Shown one piece after another: positions 11,403 to 23,952 of a DNA stretch of 64,000 bases. The translations under genes were made by a program, and so were the position numbers. Position 1 is the first letter of the stretch, and every line of letters begins with the position of its first letter. Below the pieces are notes generated by a model. It worked only from the letters and a program-made list of their open reading frames with translations, made no database searches and was not told where the DNA came from. The DNA is taken from positions 8,018,343-8,082,342 of the forward strand of contig CM082597.2 of assembly GCA_040954595.2 (NCBI GenBank), written 5' to 3'. Source of the stretch: Balanoglossus misakiensis (taxonomy: Eukaryota; Animalia; Hemichordata).

Positions 11403-11725
11403 ATGCCGGCAATCCTCTTACTCTTAGGCACATGTGCGTAATTTGTGTGTACAAAATAACGTCCAATCCAAATATCTGCAAATTTTATGTGTGTGCATTC
11501 AAATAGTGGACTGCCTTCGCTTCCTTCCATATTTCTTGCACGCCATAAAAGAAGACTTTCATTTTGTCTCTTCTTTTCACTTAATTTGCTGTCTTTTCCA
11601 AATCTACAACACAGACTATGGTTGCCGCCATATTGTCTGTTGTATAGACAGAATTGTGTCATTGATAAAGTTTTTGTACCCAGAGTTTTTGCTTTAGCAC
11701 ATGCGCATTAGTCGATCATAACCCT
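11403..11725. mobile_element. TTAA-flanked MITE (Kolobok-like family B), related to 63312-63619 and 63624-63946
   Basis: TTAA on both sides; shared core 'attcaaatagtggactgccttcgcttccttccatatttc'. Confidence 0.7.
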
Positions 11726-12174
11726 TTAACAAAAGTTTCCTTAGAATTTAAATCACGTTGTTTTCAAAATGTCTGCATCTGATTACATAGTGAATTAAAG
11801 CGGCAAGCAGTGTTCACCTGGCCAAAGCGATTCCCAGGGTTTCTACAGAATGCCAATAATTATCTGCTGTGGATACCCAAAATTTTGTCAAAAAGTGTTG
11901 ATCCTAAACTGATTTATGTCCTACAAAATCTCAAGATCGATTGGTTAGTGTAGAATTAGGCATGTAAATAATTAATTAGGTCAATGGTGGTCCTGAAACT
12001 AACCATCAAATTTTAGACACTGCCTAAATCTATTTGCCATAGTTACTATATGCCGCCCTAAATTTCAGTCTGATTGACAAATGTGAACAACGTTAAACAG
12101 AGCTGTCTCCTGACACATTACCACATTCTGTGAAGTGACTTTAAAAAGAAAGCCATTTTGTTTGCATTCAATAG

Positions 12175-12400
12175 CAGCAGCAACAACAAGCCAACAGAAC
12201 ACAAGCAAGCATTCCACCACCACCACCACAACAACAACAACCAGCAGCAACACAACAAACATGGCGACAGCAACATCAGTTCTTACAACAACAGCAATCA
12301 CAACAACAACAGCTGTCACTAGGACACCAGCCACGGCCTTGACCACAGGTACCTCAGATGGGCTTGGCACCCAGCATGCAACAAACACAGCAACAATCAA
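12175..12400 (+). pseudogene. Second orphan Gln/Pro-rich exon (QQQQQANRTQASIPPPPPQQQQ...), internal stop
   Basis: caatag| acceptor, phase 0, compatible with the exon ending at 11048; in-frame TGA at ~12339. Confidence 0.55.
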
Positions 12401-15149
12401 GTAGTAGTCTGCTGGCTGATGACATGAGTCTTTTTGATATTCTGAATCAATAAATTCATACAGGAAACTGACTATAATGAACAGGAGACTGTTCATGCCT
12501 TCATTACCATTGTAACTTCTATATACTAAATGAAACCCAGATCCCCATACTAAATGAAACCCAGATCCCCAAAGAAATGTCAGAAATTTCTCAAGGTATG
12601 CAGGAATTTTCAAATATTCCAGACAGTCAAGTGTTGGGGATTTGGAATATTTATCATTCTCATCAGTATTTCCTGTACACACACATCCATTCCAAAGCTA
12701 TCACCTCCATTCATTCTTCAGTGTTTAGTTCCTTGATTATAAAAGAAAATAATTTTTAAACAGATCAAATAACACAGAATGGTTATTCCAGTGTAGTAAC
12801 AGAATAGATTTGTTCTGTACTAATTCTTGCATTAGCTTTACTTCGTTTCCATTGTAATGCCTTATTTCAATATGACCATATTTGTATGCTAGACAGATGT
12901 AACTGGTTGTCAGTGTCTATCGTAATACAAAGTCTGCCATACACAAAGCAACTATGCATTGTCTTCTGGTGTGAAAAAAAGATACTTAAGATGTACTGTA
13001 AAACAGGAAATTTTCATGAGCGATAATTTTGCACGAATCATGCAAGAGCCAAAAAACCTGAAAACATTGCTTTCTACTTTTCTTGAATTTCCTAACATTT
13101 TTTTTTATTTTAACAAAAACAAGAGCCTTTCGTGACCACTTATTGACTTTCGAAAATATTTCATGTAATCAGCCATTCATTTTATGTGTGTGTGAAGAAT
13201 GACCCCATGAGGCTTTAGAATCATGTATAGTGCTGAAGGGGAGGGGGGACACCATTCCTCAATTTTGTTGATTTTGCATTAGATGCTAAGTTGGTATTTT
13301 CCACATATTGCTTTTTGTACTGAGAATTACTCAGTTCTTAAGAAGAGCTTTTGACTAACATTTCATTGTACTTACAAGACTGCCAGAGTATGTAAATATT
13401 ATATGCAGCATTAGGAAGGAATATCTTTGATATTTTTATTCCAACAATTTTCCTATCATGATAAATAAATAGACAGAGATATCATGTAAGGATTTTTGCA
13501 TACTTAAAATAAATATTCTGATAAAATGAGTGCTTTTGTCTGTCTCTTTGATTTCAGACAAGGATTAGTATTTGTTGTTGCTTTTCCATACAGATTCCAA
13601 TCAGAAGGCAATTGTGATGACCAGTATGTTCTGTCTGATTAAAGTTTGAGTTTTCTTGGACCTGAATGTCGCTCCAACAAATTGTCTGCTTACAGATGTG
13701 GAGTTAAATGCTGTTGATAGTTTTGGCTATTCTGTTCTCTCACTTTGGCTGTTCTGTTCTCTGTTTTGGCTGTTCTCAGACACATTAGCTGGAAACTACT
13801 GGTCAGATTGCTCTGAAAATTGGTATGCATATATCTACTACCAACATCACAGAGCTCTATAAGTTTGAACCTAATATCGTTAATTTTCTACTTTTTATGA
13901 CTTGTGTCATTTTTTCCACATCTTCTATGAAAGTGATTGGCCGATTTCTCTAAAAATTCAGTATAAAGCTGCCTATAGGTTGCAATTTTTCGTCAGAAGT
14001 TTTTGTTTGTGAAACCACCTGTTGGATTGCTCTGAACTTTGGTAAGCATGTTCCTCATACTGATTGATGTAAGATATTGTACAATTTTGGTGATGTTTGA
14101 ATATTCGAGTTAGGCAGTTTTGGGACAGTTTTTCGAAACAAGGTCATATCAGCTCGTTTGGTATTAGGTCAATAACAAAAAATTAAGTCACAATGTTGGC
14201 CACACATCCTACTTAGAGCACAAGTATGAAAAAACGACCAGTTTGTGTTACGTTTCCAGCGTCCATTGAGAAGTAACAGCGCCCGCAAGTTAGGTTTTTA
14301 GAAAATTGGATCAAATTCATGATGAGTCGAATTGAATCAACGTTTATTCCAGCTGGGAGCACTTTATCGACTACAAAGTCGTTTTGTTAGATGGGTAAAA
14401 TTTAAGACCCATCGGCCAATGCAGAGCGAAGTTTAATTCTTTTGAAGTTGTCACAATCGACGAAACAAAGCGAGAAAATTGCAATTTGCGCTGTCGACAT
14501 ATTTCTTCTCCTGCCTCGAATTATCGATCCCATGACCCCCCCCCCCCCCCGCCCGAAAAAAATATATATCAACCAGGGATCATCATATAACTAGACTGTG
14601 AATCGGACATGAAAACAAACTCGACGATGGAAAAGCAGCCGATTCCGAGATAAACGCATCCCGATAGGATGAGAACTCCGCCATGTGACTTCATCTAATT
14701 TCTCTGCAAACATGGGTGGGTTGTACTTTGGTAATGTGTTTACAAAGCAAAGTTAAGACATAAATCCGAACATGACCCTTGTCCGAAGCTTGGACACTCT
14801 TATCAAACAGAGCAGTACAGTGTGTGGAGACATCGCCCGTAAGACACACCACCGGCCCTGCCACACTGAGCTGCAATATGCTCTTGGCTCGTAGCCTTCC
14901 CAGTTAGTAGCAAGTCGTTACGGCACTTAATCTTATCGGTTCGGCCTGTAATGTACGCGACCCCGGCCGTTTCGGCCTAGCCGCAAACCGATTCTTCAAT
15001 TTGCAGTTCAGTAAAGTTGGCGAACGGGATAGTATGTTAACGGTAAACGCAGGCCTATACACAGTGCTGGCGAACGGGACAAAAGGCCACAATAAAAGCG
15101 AGCGTGTTGTCAGATCAGTGGGACTATCATAACACGAATACATAACGTG

Positions 15150-15660
15150 TGGAAGGGCTAGGCCTAATTTTCTCCTGAGAAAGTCCAATTCGTGTTCTGT
15201 CGATGTGAAATTGCGTTCATTTAATGCCTTTTGTAATAACATTTATGTCTCTCATTTATGGTGCGATTTTAATTCGTATAATATCCAGAATATCATCGTA
15301 TGTCACAATAATTCACTTCGAAGACTTCTTGGTCACCCCAGACACGAAAGTGCCTCTAAAACATTTGTTCTAAACGCCGTAAACTGCTTCTCGTCATGAG
15401 AAGAAAAGTCGCTTTTAATTTTTCTGTTCGTCTCTGTGCTAGTCCCAATGTCTTGATCAATCGCCTTGTGTCATGTGATATGCGCTTTATGCCCACTGGA
15501 TTGACATTTTACATTGATTCTTAAAACTATTATATTCTTTACATTTATTTTATTTATTACTTTTCTAGTGTTTGTGTCAGTTTTTTTGTAACCTATTTCT
15601 ATGGACGGTTGTGTCTGAAATAAAGATAACTAATAATCATAATAATAATAAAATAATAAT
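15150..15660 (+). mobile_element. 5'-truncated LINE 3' end (RTE-X-like) with AATAAA and (TAA)n tail
   Basis: Translation ..NFLLRK..CSVDVKLRSFNAFCNNIY..LWC..VCHNNSLRRLLGHPRHESASKTF resembles an RTE-X ORF2 C-terminus; tail at 15619-15660. Confidence 0.7.
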
Positions 15661-16693
15661 TACGATCCCGGAATTACGATAAGCATAGGGGCATTGTAAC
15701 GAGCCAACGTAAAACTGACATGGAAACGATCGACAGTAAAGTAGAGCACAGTGACTGTGGGTAGAGCGAGCGTGTTGCTGTTCGGGACGCATTTACCATG
15801 TTTGACTAGACGTATTTCATGTGGGACCACAATTTGTGTCCTAAACCCTTGCGTCGCTCACGGTGATTGGTAGCTCTAATGTCCCTATGTCCCCTTTCCG
15901 TTCAGTCATTGGCTGCCTATACATCATTTCGTCTCATTAGTATTTACTGTTCCGAATTCAGCTCATTCATTGGCTGCTTTACGTTCTTGTCCCTTGCCTC
16001 ACTTTCGAGTGTTCATTGCCTCGTTCTTTTATGTGCTCCTCACCGTCACGTAATATGCGGGACTAGCCAATCATTAACAGACAGAGCATGGTCGAAACAT
16101 ATGTAAAGACTAAATTTGTTTTGCACCTGCGCTGCAACCTATTGTTTGTCACCGTGTCATGAAGCTCCGGCGTCAAAGATACGGGCCATTCCCTAGTCTT
16201 GCCCCAATACTGAAATGCGCGTCCGCTAGAACGTCATATGGACGCGACGCTAATCACACAGTCGCTAGTGGCTTTGCCTGGCGCGGCGCGGCGCGGCGGC
16301 GCGTCGTACGCAGTATGAAAATTTCATTCCTTATCGACAGGCACAGCGACTGCCATAGAGTCTAGGTACCCCCTGAATGTCAAATATGTGGTTTTTTTTC
16401 TATTCCTAGAAAATAAAAACATATTTGGGCAGTATAAAGATAAAAAAAAGATATATTCAACAGCGGAACTCTGGGAAATGTTTGTGCTCTCGCTATTTGT
16501 TTCCTGGCAATTGTATTGGCATTTCCTTCAATATGTTTGCAATATGCTGTTTATCGATACAACATACTATCACTAAAAGGCTAAGTCTTCATGTAAGGGG
16601 CTGTTGCATTGGTGGTGGGGAATATTAAAAAAACCCAGATAAATGACAAATCTTAGGTGATAGATAAACAAATATTTTATTCGTGTTATGTGC

Positions 16694-16843
16694 TCACAAT
16701 CTGTCTAAGTGGTCGTTGAGGCGATCCAGCGTGCGGTTTACATTCGCCATAGTGTCAGGGAGAGTGTTTCTCAAGAAGTCCACATATAATTCATGGGCCT
16801 CTCGCACTAGATGGTACAGCCCTGTGGTGGTCTCTCTTGGGCT
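16694..16843 (-). pseudogene. Possible C-terminus of a Harbinger accessory protein (helical, ...NVNRTLDRLNDHLDRL*)
   Basis: Heptad-like ORF end followed by AATAAA on the minus strand (~16676-16681); abuts the transposase fragment head-to-head. Confidence 0.3.
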
Positions 16844-17314
16844 CGTCATCATGCAATGAGCACCCAAGTTATTGTGGACAATCAATGTAACATTATTTTC
16901 ATTCAGTCGGGATTTCTGGGACATGCTAATGATGCCATGCAGTACAGATTGTTACCATCGATAGGGTTGGAAGGTGAATTGCAGATTCCACGAGATGTAT
17001 ATTTTTTGGCTGACCAAGGATACCCAAATATGTATCCGCTATTAAAGAGATTTCCAACCCGTGAGTTGCGTGGTCCGTACCGCCCAGAGATGCTCGTATT
17101 CAATAGAGAATTTAATTTTGCCCGAGTTTATGTTGAACATGCCATAAAATATATGAAAACTTATAGGGCAATTAATTCTGTTTATCGGCACCCACGTTGG
17201 CTAATGCCGATTATTGTAGAAGTGTGCCCAGCGACATATCAGATTGAATCGTTTCATGCGTTGAGTCTTGGCGCAAATCTACTAGCTAAGCTAAAGATCT
17301 TTAAAATAAAATAA
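16844..17314 (+). pseudogene. Harbinger/HARBI1-like (DDE_Tnp_4) transposase, C-terminal half
   Basis: Motifs HAMSTQVIVD, SGFLGHANDA, FLADQGYP, FNREFNFARVYVEHAI; the N-terminus is missing. Confidence 0.8.
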
Positions 17315-17363
17315 TGATGTGTTTTTTTGTACTTGTTATATTCGAAATATGCAACTGCGCTGA

Positions 17364-17392
17364 TGTGTGTGTGTGTGTGTGTGCGCGCGCGC
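17364..17392. repeat. (TG)n(CG)n microsatellite
   Basis: tgtgtg...gcgcgcgcgc run. Confidence 0.9.
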
Positions 17393-18384
17393 AGAGACAT
17401 TGGTATTACGGAGTACTTTTCAGCCACGCGATTTTATTTTTTGCGTTAGCTTGACAATGTGTTTGGTAACGGCAAAACAAACACTGAAAAGGGGAAAAAT
17501 GAAAAGATGGTTTAAAAATCGCAAAGTGTCAATATGCTCTTGGGGTTTCTGTTGCCCGAAACAGTTTCCATGATTCAATCACGTCGCTCCTAGGCCCACG
17601 TTTCTTTTTAGTTGGGGAAAATTGGCGGCTTCACAAAGTCAAGATTGAAACACCTGGAGTCTGGGAGTCTTTGGCTAGTCCCGCATATTACGTGACGGTG
17701 AGGAGCACATAAAAGAACGAGGCTATGAACACTCGAAAGTGAGGCAAGGGACAAGAACGTAAAGCAGCCAATGAATGAGCTGAATTCGGAACAGTAAATT
17801 CTAATGAGACGAAATGACGTATAGGCAGCCAATGACTGAACGGAAAGGGGACATAGGGACATTAGAGCTACCAATCACCGTGAGCGACGCAGGGGTTTAG
17901 GACACAAATTGTGGTCCCACATGAAATACGTCTTTTACAACACACACCGACTTGACCTGTGGCCGCAGTTGCAGCCTCCTCGACGCGACCTAACCCAAGC
18001 ATTTTACGATCTCGGGTATCGTGGTCTGACTGACCAAACTGACACATAAGTATTATAGTGTGCACAACACAAGGCACATCAAACCCGTTGCTCAGACACC
18101 GGAAGTTTGCAGTTCGCTTGCCTGGTTTGAAATGCGTGGCTGTGGTAGAAATTACCCACTGTGCCCCCCCCCCCCCCGATTTTTATTGTGTAGACAATGA
18201 TGCACTCACACTCAAGAAGCAAATGAGATATTCTTTCGAATGTGAGCATGTTCCAGAGCGTTCTAAAGAAATAAAATATGCAGCTGTAGCATGTATGCAT
18301 ATTCATTAGTGTGTCGTAATGCTAACTTTGGTCTGTGATTGGGTAACACGTTCTACTCACCATAACAACAGGTGATCATTGACC

Positions 18385-18447
18385 CGTTTCCGGTTTCGAC
18401 CACTTTCCTTCTACTTGCCGCGGGATCAAGACGTCTTTTCGGTAAGC
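18385..18447 (+). promoter_or_regulatory. Putative pyrimidine (TCT/5'TOP-like) start site and short first exon
   Basis: ttccgg (ETS-like) followed by ctttccttctac, then |gtaagc donor at 18442, in a CpG-rich zone. Confidence 0.3.
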
Positions 18448-19269
18448 TCATATTCCAGTGGTTGCTTTTAGTACAATCGCCTATATAGCTACGTTACCGT
18501 CGCTCGATTGTTTTGTCTGGTATTGGGTGATTTGCAGCTATCCGTACAACACCTTGTAGTTGTACAGAAGTAGGTCTAATTCCAGAAACAATTCCGAGCT
18601 ACAGGGCGTGTAGCTAGCCTCTCGGCTATTCTGGGTATGGCTGCGCTGGCTACCGAATCAGGAGACCAGGAAGTCATAATCGAGAAAGTCTAGTCATATT
18701 TATAGGGTTATATTTTGTGAGAATTTTATTGCTAGGCCTCTTGCCTACGCGCAAGTAGGGCCAGTTTGTGAGATTGAAAAGGATATCAGCGCTGCAGGAT
18801 TTTTAGTGTCAAAATAGTCGACCATACTGTCGAACGGTTGTGCCAAAATGGGACGTCTGTGTGGCGACATAAGGTACGGGTAGAGAACGTTTTTCTCCGG
18901 AAAGTCTCTTTGCTGGTGGACGGAACGATAGTTCCATACGTATAGTTTTTGTTTAGCGGAAGGTCGGAAGACGACGGTATCTTTCCATGCATAATTCCAT
19001 ACGTTTTTTGAGGTTTTTATATGAGACAACTTGGTGTTTGCAAGGTTTTTTTATTTTACGGTTTAAACGTGGTTGGTGTATTTTCGCTTTTCTGGTGAGA
19101 TTTCCACTTCTCCGTTGTCATACTTAAAAAATTATGCTATTTTTTATTGGGAAAACCGATAAAACCAAAACCACAAATAAAGAAAATGTCTTAAACATTT
19201 TAACTCAGGCATTGTAATCTGTTTGTTGGTGATAACCCCTTTAGCTTTGAGAGATAACCAATTTGATGT

Positions 19270-19780
19270 TTTAGTAAAGCCAATTCTTTGACCAGGGTGA
19301 CAAGCATTTTTTCTCCAAGAGTCGTGTTGCTTTGAAGCATACTTTTGTATGTGTGGTCCCAGTTGATGAAAACCTGGTTGATGAAAAATGTGCATATTTA
19401 TAATTTTGTAGCAATTTTTGCCATTTTTGGTAAACAATTGTTTTCTCTAAAACCGCTGGTGAGATTGCTTTTAAATTTTGTAGGCCTGTTCCTTGGGGAT
19501 AATTAAATGAGATGTTTAAAAAAATACTTGAAATTTACATATTTGCATTTTGTGTGTGAAAGTTGTGGAATTTTTCATCAAAAATTATTTTCTTTCAAAC
19601 TGCATGTCAGATTGCCTTGAGCTTTGGTAGGCATGTTCCCTGAAGCGATTGAAGTAAGATATTGTACAATTTTGGAGAAAATACTGATTTTTTCTGAAAC
19701 TGCATATGGGATTGCTTTGAAATTTGATACGAATATTCGAATGGGTAACCCAAGTTTTTGTCTCATTGTGTTGATTACCC
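19270..19780 (+). repeat. Dispersed repeat family with internal 'gattgcttt.aaa.ttggtaggcatgttcct' subunits (also ~13900-14130 and ~27900-28400)
   Basis: The same motif recurs within and between the three loci. Confidence 0.55.
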
Positions 19781-21475
19781 TATACTGAGACTCACTAAGT
19801 ACACTATATGTTTATATTACTAGGGAGTTTAGAATCCAATATGGCCGCCATACGAAGTGGGAAATTTTGTGTAATTTGATTGATTTCTAAACTTGTCATA
19901 TTTTAATTTCTCGATCTTGCAAATAAAAATAAAATGCCAAAAACTGATTAACTTTCGTTTCTTCCTGATTGTTAACGTCATATATTGGTGTTGCCATTAA
20001 AGTCTTTTCCTCCTACTGGGAAAGTGGCTAGAGTCAATCAGTGCATAATGGCAGCATTACATGGCACTGAATAAATGGCATGGGTGTTTACATCTCTTTA
20101 TTTTTTTTCACTTAAACCATTATAAATCTCTAACAGTATATAATACTATTGTGTATGCAACTTGGAGATACGTTTCACTTCAAGTTTTTTTAGTAAAGTC
20201 TGGGAAGTGACATGTCTTCAAAGTGACTCATGTTATCTGCCAAGAGCTGAATGCCCATGGGTGTTCTTTCCTAGATTATACATTTTCTTATCATTTCATA
20301 GACCTGTGTATAATTATAATTTCAGTTATATATTCTAATTTGAGTTTAGGTAGAGTATGCATGGAATTAAGTAATTATTCTGTAATTACCCAACCAAATA
20401 TGTTGTCTAACTAATGGATATATTGATTCTTTATTTGCACAGGCAACATTATTGAAGTAGCATTGAGAGTAGTTGATAATATAGCAGAGCTTCTAACTGG
20501 AAAGAAGAGCTTAGTAAATTTATCAGCTCATAATATTCCTTTAACCAATGAACTTTATATGAACTTACACACCTGCATTAAAGATACAGGGATTAATGTT
20601 CAGGAAACCTTACCAGCTCTAGTACATTTATTTGAGCCAGAAATTGAATTACCAAAAAATCAGTAATTTCGTAAAGACACAGTCAGAAAAGAAATAGAGA
20701 AAGCCAGCAAGGAAGGGAGAAAAGTGGAATACATGAAAGACACAGTTTGCTTAAAATACATGTGTGTGCAGTAAAAACTGTATGGTGCAACGGCGTCCAT
20801 TTTCATGATTTATAGCCAGCCAGTCTTTCCATGCATATCATACCAAAATTCAATATGAAATTCTTGTTAATGTTAATAGTCTACAAGGATAGTACAGGTA
20901 ACATGTAGAAATTAAACTATCCAACTTTCTCCACTTTTGATATCCACTCGACACAGGCAAGCAAAAGGGCCGATCTGAGACTTTTACTTGAATGATGGCA
21001 ATTTTTGCTGTCCAGAAGTAACTGTATAACATTATTTTGGTAGTAATATCAGCTTTATGATTGCTAAAATACACAAGAATTTAAATATTTCCACTTACTA
21101 CAGTGATTGAACTGATTTTCAGCAAATTGCAGTGTATAAACAAATATTGCCATCTAATGAAATGTCAACCCAATTAAGGCCGCCCATTTGCAATGGTAAA
21201 ATGCTAGGTTTACCATATTTGAGCACCTGAGAATTTAAATTATAATCCAGATATCAAAAACTTAAGTCACTATCTGTATCTGCACATATATTGTAATATA
21301 ATCTGAAAATTTCGTGAAAATTAGATAAAACATGATTGAGACACGGAACATCAAACATTGCAAATTTTCATATTTTACCATGGTGCCATGCAAAAAATAG
21401 AGAGATTTTTTTACAAGTTTAGATGATCTCCTGTAAAACTGAAAGACGTAATCTTCTGTGAATCTTGCATTTTTA

Positions 21476-23952
21476 TGTTGGAATCATGCTAACCGCTTTG
21501 GTCCCTCCAATGCTGCTTTTAGTAAATGTTTTAATTGTCTTCTTCATGGCGGCCATATTGGATTTTCGGATAACCTTTAAAAGTTGACATTTTTTTCAAA
21601 AACTACAGGGCCAATCAAGTTCTAATTTACTGTGCGGTTCAATGTTTGACAATAATATCATTAGTGGTCATGTGGCTTTGGATTTTTGAAAAAATATCAT
21701 TAAAAAAATGTCAAAAATCTATTTCTAATCAAGTTTTCAAGTAAATTGTGATTGGGTAAACCTTATTAAAGCCAAATTGGATTTTCTGATCTTCGATAAA
21801 AGACTAAAATTTCCTATTTCTAGCCTGCTCATTGAAACCACACAAATTCTTTTTATGGATATGAGTCACCATATGACCAGAATATATCACAATTATTAGA
21901 CTACTTTCACATGTTCTTTGATCAAGATTTTACAGAACTTGATTAAACAATTTGTTTGCGACTCTCGCATGTCCTTTGATCCAGTAATTCCAGAACTTAG
22001 TTCATGTGGATATGCCTCTTGTTAAAAAGCACAACATTCATGATTTTGTTCACATGAGTACTACTGCTGCCAGGACAATACCCAAATCTTTTGATAATTT
22101 TGGCAATGACCTTTGATCTACTATCCCATGCCTTGGAATATACAGCAGATACAGCCTTCAAATTTGGTGGACTGGAACACCTAATGAAGTATTAAACTTT
22201 AACACGATAATTATGTACATAAGCTATTTCAAGTTAACCAATAGAGCTTAGAAGTCTATTTTCAGTTGGACACAGCTCAGTTTGATATCAAAATTTGTTG
22301 GCCCAAATTTGCGTGACCTCTGGCTTACTTACCATTTCTCAGCATCCATAACAGATACAGCCTTTGCTTTCTGTTGGAACCATGCTAACCGCTTTGGTCC
22401 CTCCAATGCTGCTTTTAGTTTTAATTGTCTTCTTCATGGCGGCCATATTGGATTTTCGGATAACCTTTAAAAATTGACATCTTTTCAATAACTACAAGGC
22501 AAATCAAGTTCTAATTTACTGTGCGGTTCAATGTTTGACAATAATATCATTAGTGGTCATGTGGCTTTGGATGCATAATTGGATTTTTGAAAAATATCAT
22601 AAATTTGTTTTCAAAAATCTATTTCTAATCAAGTTTTCAAGTGAATTGTGATTAGTAAAACCTTATTGGAGCCAAATTGGATTTTCTGATCTCCGATAAA
22701 AGACTAAAATTTCCTATTTCTAGCCTACTCATTGAAACCACACAAATTCTTTTTATTGATATGAGTCACCATGTGACCAGAATATATCACAATTATTAGA
22801 CTACTTTCACATATCCTTAATCAAGTTTTTACAGAACTCGATTAAACAATTTGTTTGTGACTCTCGCATGTCCTTTGATCCAGTAATTCCAGAACTTATT
22901 TTATGTGGATATGCCTATTGTTAAAAAGCACAACAGTCATTATTTTGTTCACATGAGTACTACTGCTGCCAGGACAATACCCAAATCTGTTGATAATTTT
23001 GGCAATGACCTTTGATCTACTATCCCATGCCTTGGAATGTACAGCAGATATAGCCTTCAAATTTGGTGGACTGGAACACCTAATGAAGTTTTAAACTTTA
23101 ACACAATCATTTTTGTACATAAGCTATTTCAAGTAAACAAATAGAACTTAGAAGTGTGGTTTTTGTTGGACACTGATCAGTTTAAGATCAAAAATTTCTG
23201 TCACAATTTTGTGTGACCTCTGGCTTACTTTACCATTTCTTGGCATCCACAACAGAAACAGCCTTTGCTTTCTGTTGGAACCATGCTAACCGCTTGGGCC
23301 CGTCCCATTTCTTCTTAATGGCGACCATATTGGATATTCTGATAACCCTTAAAAATTGACATCTTTTCAACAACTACATGGCAAATCAAGTTCTAATTTA
23401 CTGTGCGGTTCAATGTTTGACACTAATATCATTAGTGGTCATGTCACTTTGGTTGCCATATTGGATTTTTGAAAAATCTCATGAAAAATTTCACAAATCT
23501 TTTTCTAATCAAGTTTTCAAGTGAATTGTGATTGGTTTAACCTAATTAAAGCCAAATCGGATTTTCTAAACACTCGATTTAAACAAAGTTCGTATTTCTA
23601 GCCTACACAAATCCTTTTAATAGATACGAGTCACCATATGACCAGATTATGTTACAATTTTTGGGCAACTTTCGAATGTCCTTTGATCCATTTTTTCCAG
23701 AACTTAATTGTACGTGGATATGCTTCTTGTTAAAAAGCACAACAGTCATGCTTTTGTTCACATGAGTTCTACTGCTGCCAGGAAATAACCAAAATATTTA
23801 GCTAATTTTGACAATGACCTTTGATCTACTTTTCCATAAGTTGGCATGCACAGCAGATACAGCCTTCAAATTTGGAGGACTCAAACACCTAATGAAGTAT
23901 TAAACTTTAACACAATAATTATGTACATAAGCTATTTCAAGTTAACCAATAT
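21476..23952 (+). repeat. Tandem repeat, ~900-bp unit, ~2.75 copies
   Basis: 'tgttggaa.catgctaaccgc' recurs at 21476, 22372 and 23273 with collinear unit sequence. Confidence 0.92.

Larger units (their letters stand above)
15808..17933. mobile_element. Internally deleted PIF/Harbinger-like element bounded by ~263-bp inverted repeats (15808-16070 and 17671-17933)
   Basis: Near-identical inverted arms (mirror ORFs 15867+ and 17874-) enclosing a DDE_Tnp_4-type fragment. No clean TWA duplication. Confidence 0.6.

Noticed and set aside
12065-12682. 205-aa hydrophobic minus ORF and Thr-rich plus ORF
   Set aside because: These are alternative frames of the CAA/CAG-rich pseudo-exon.
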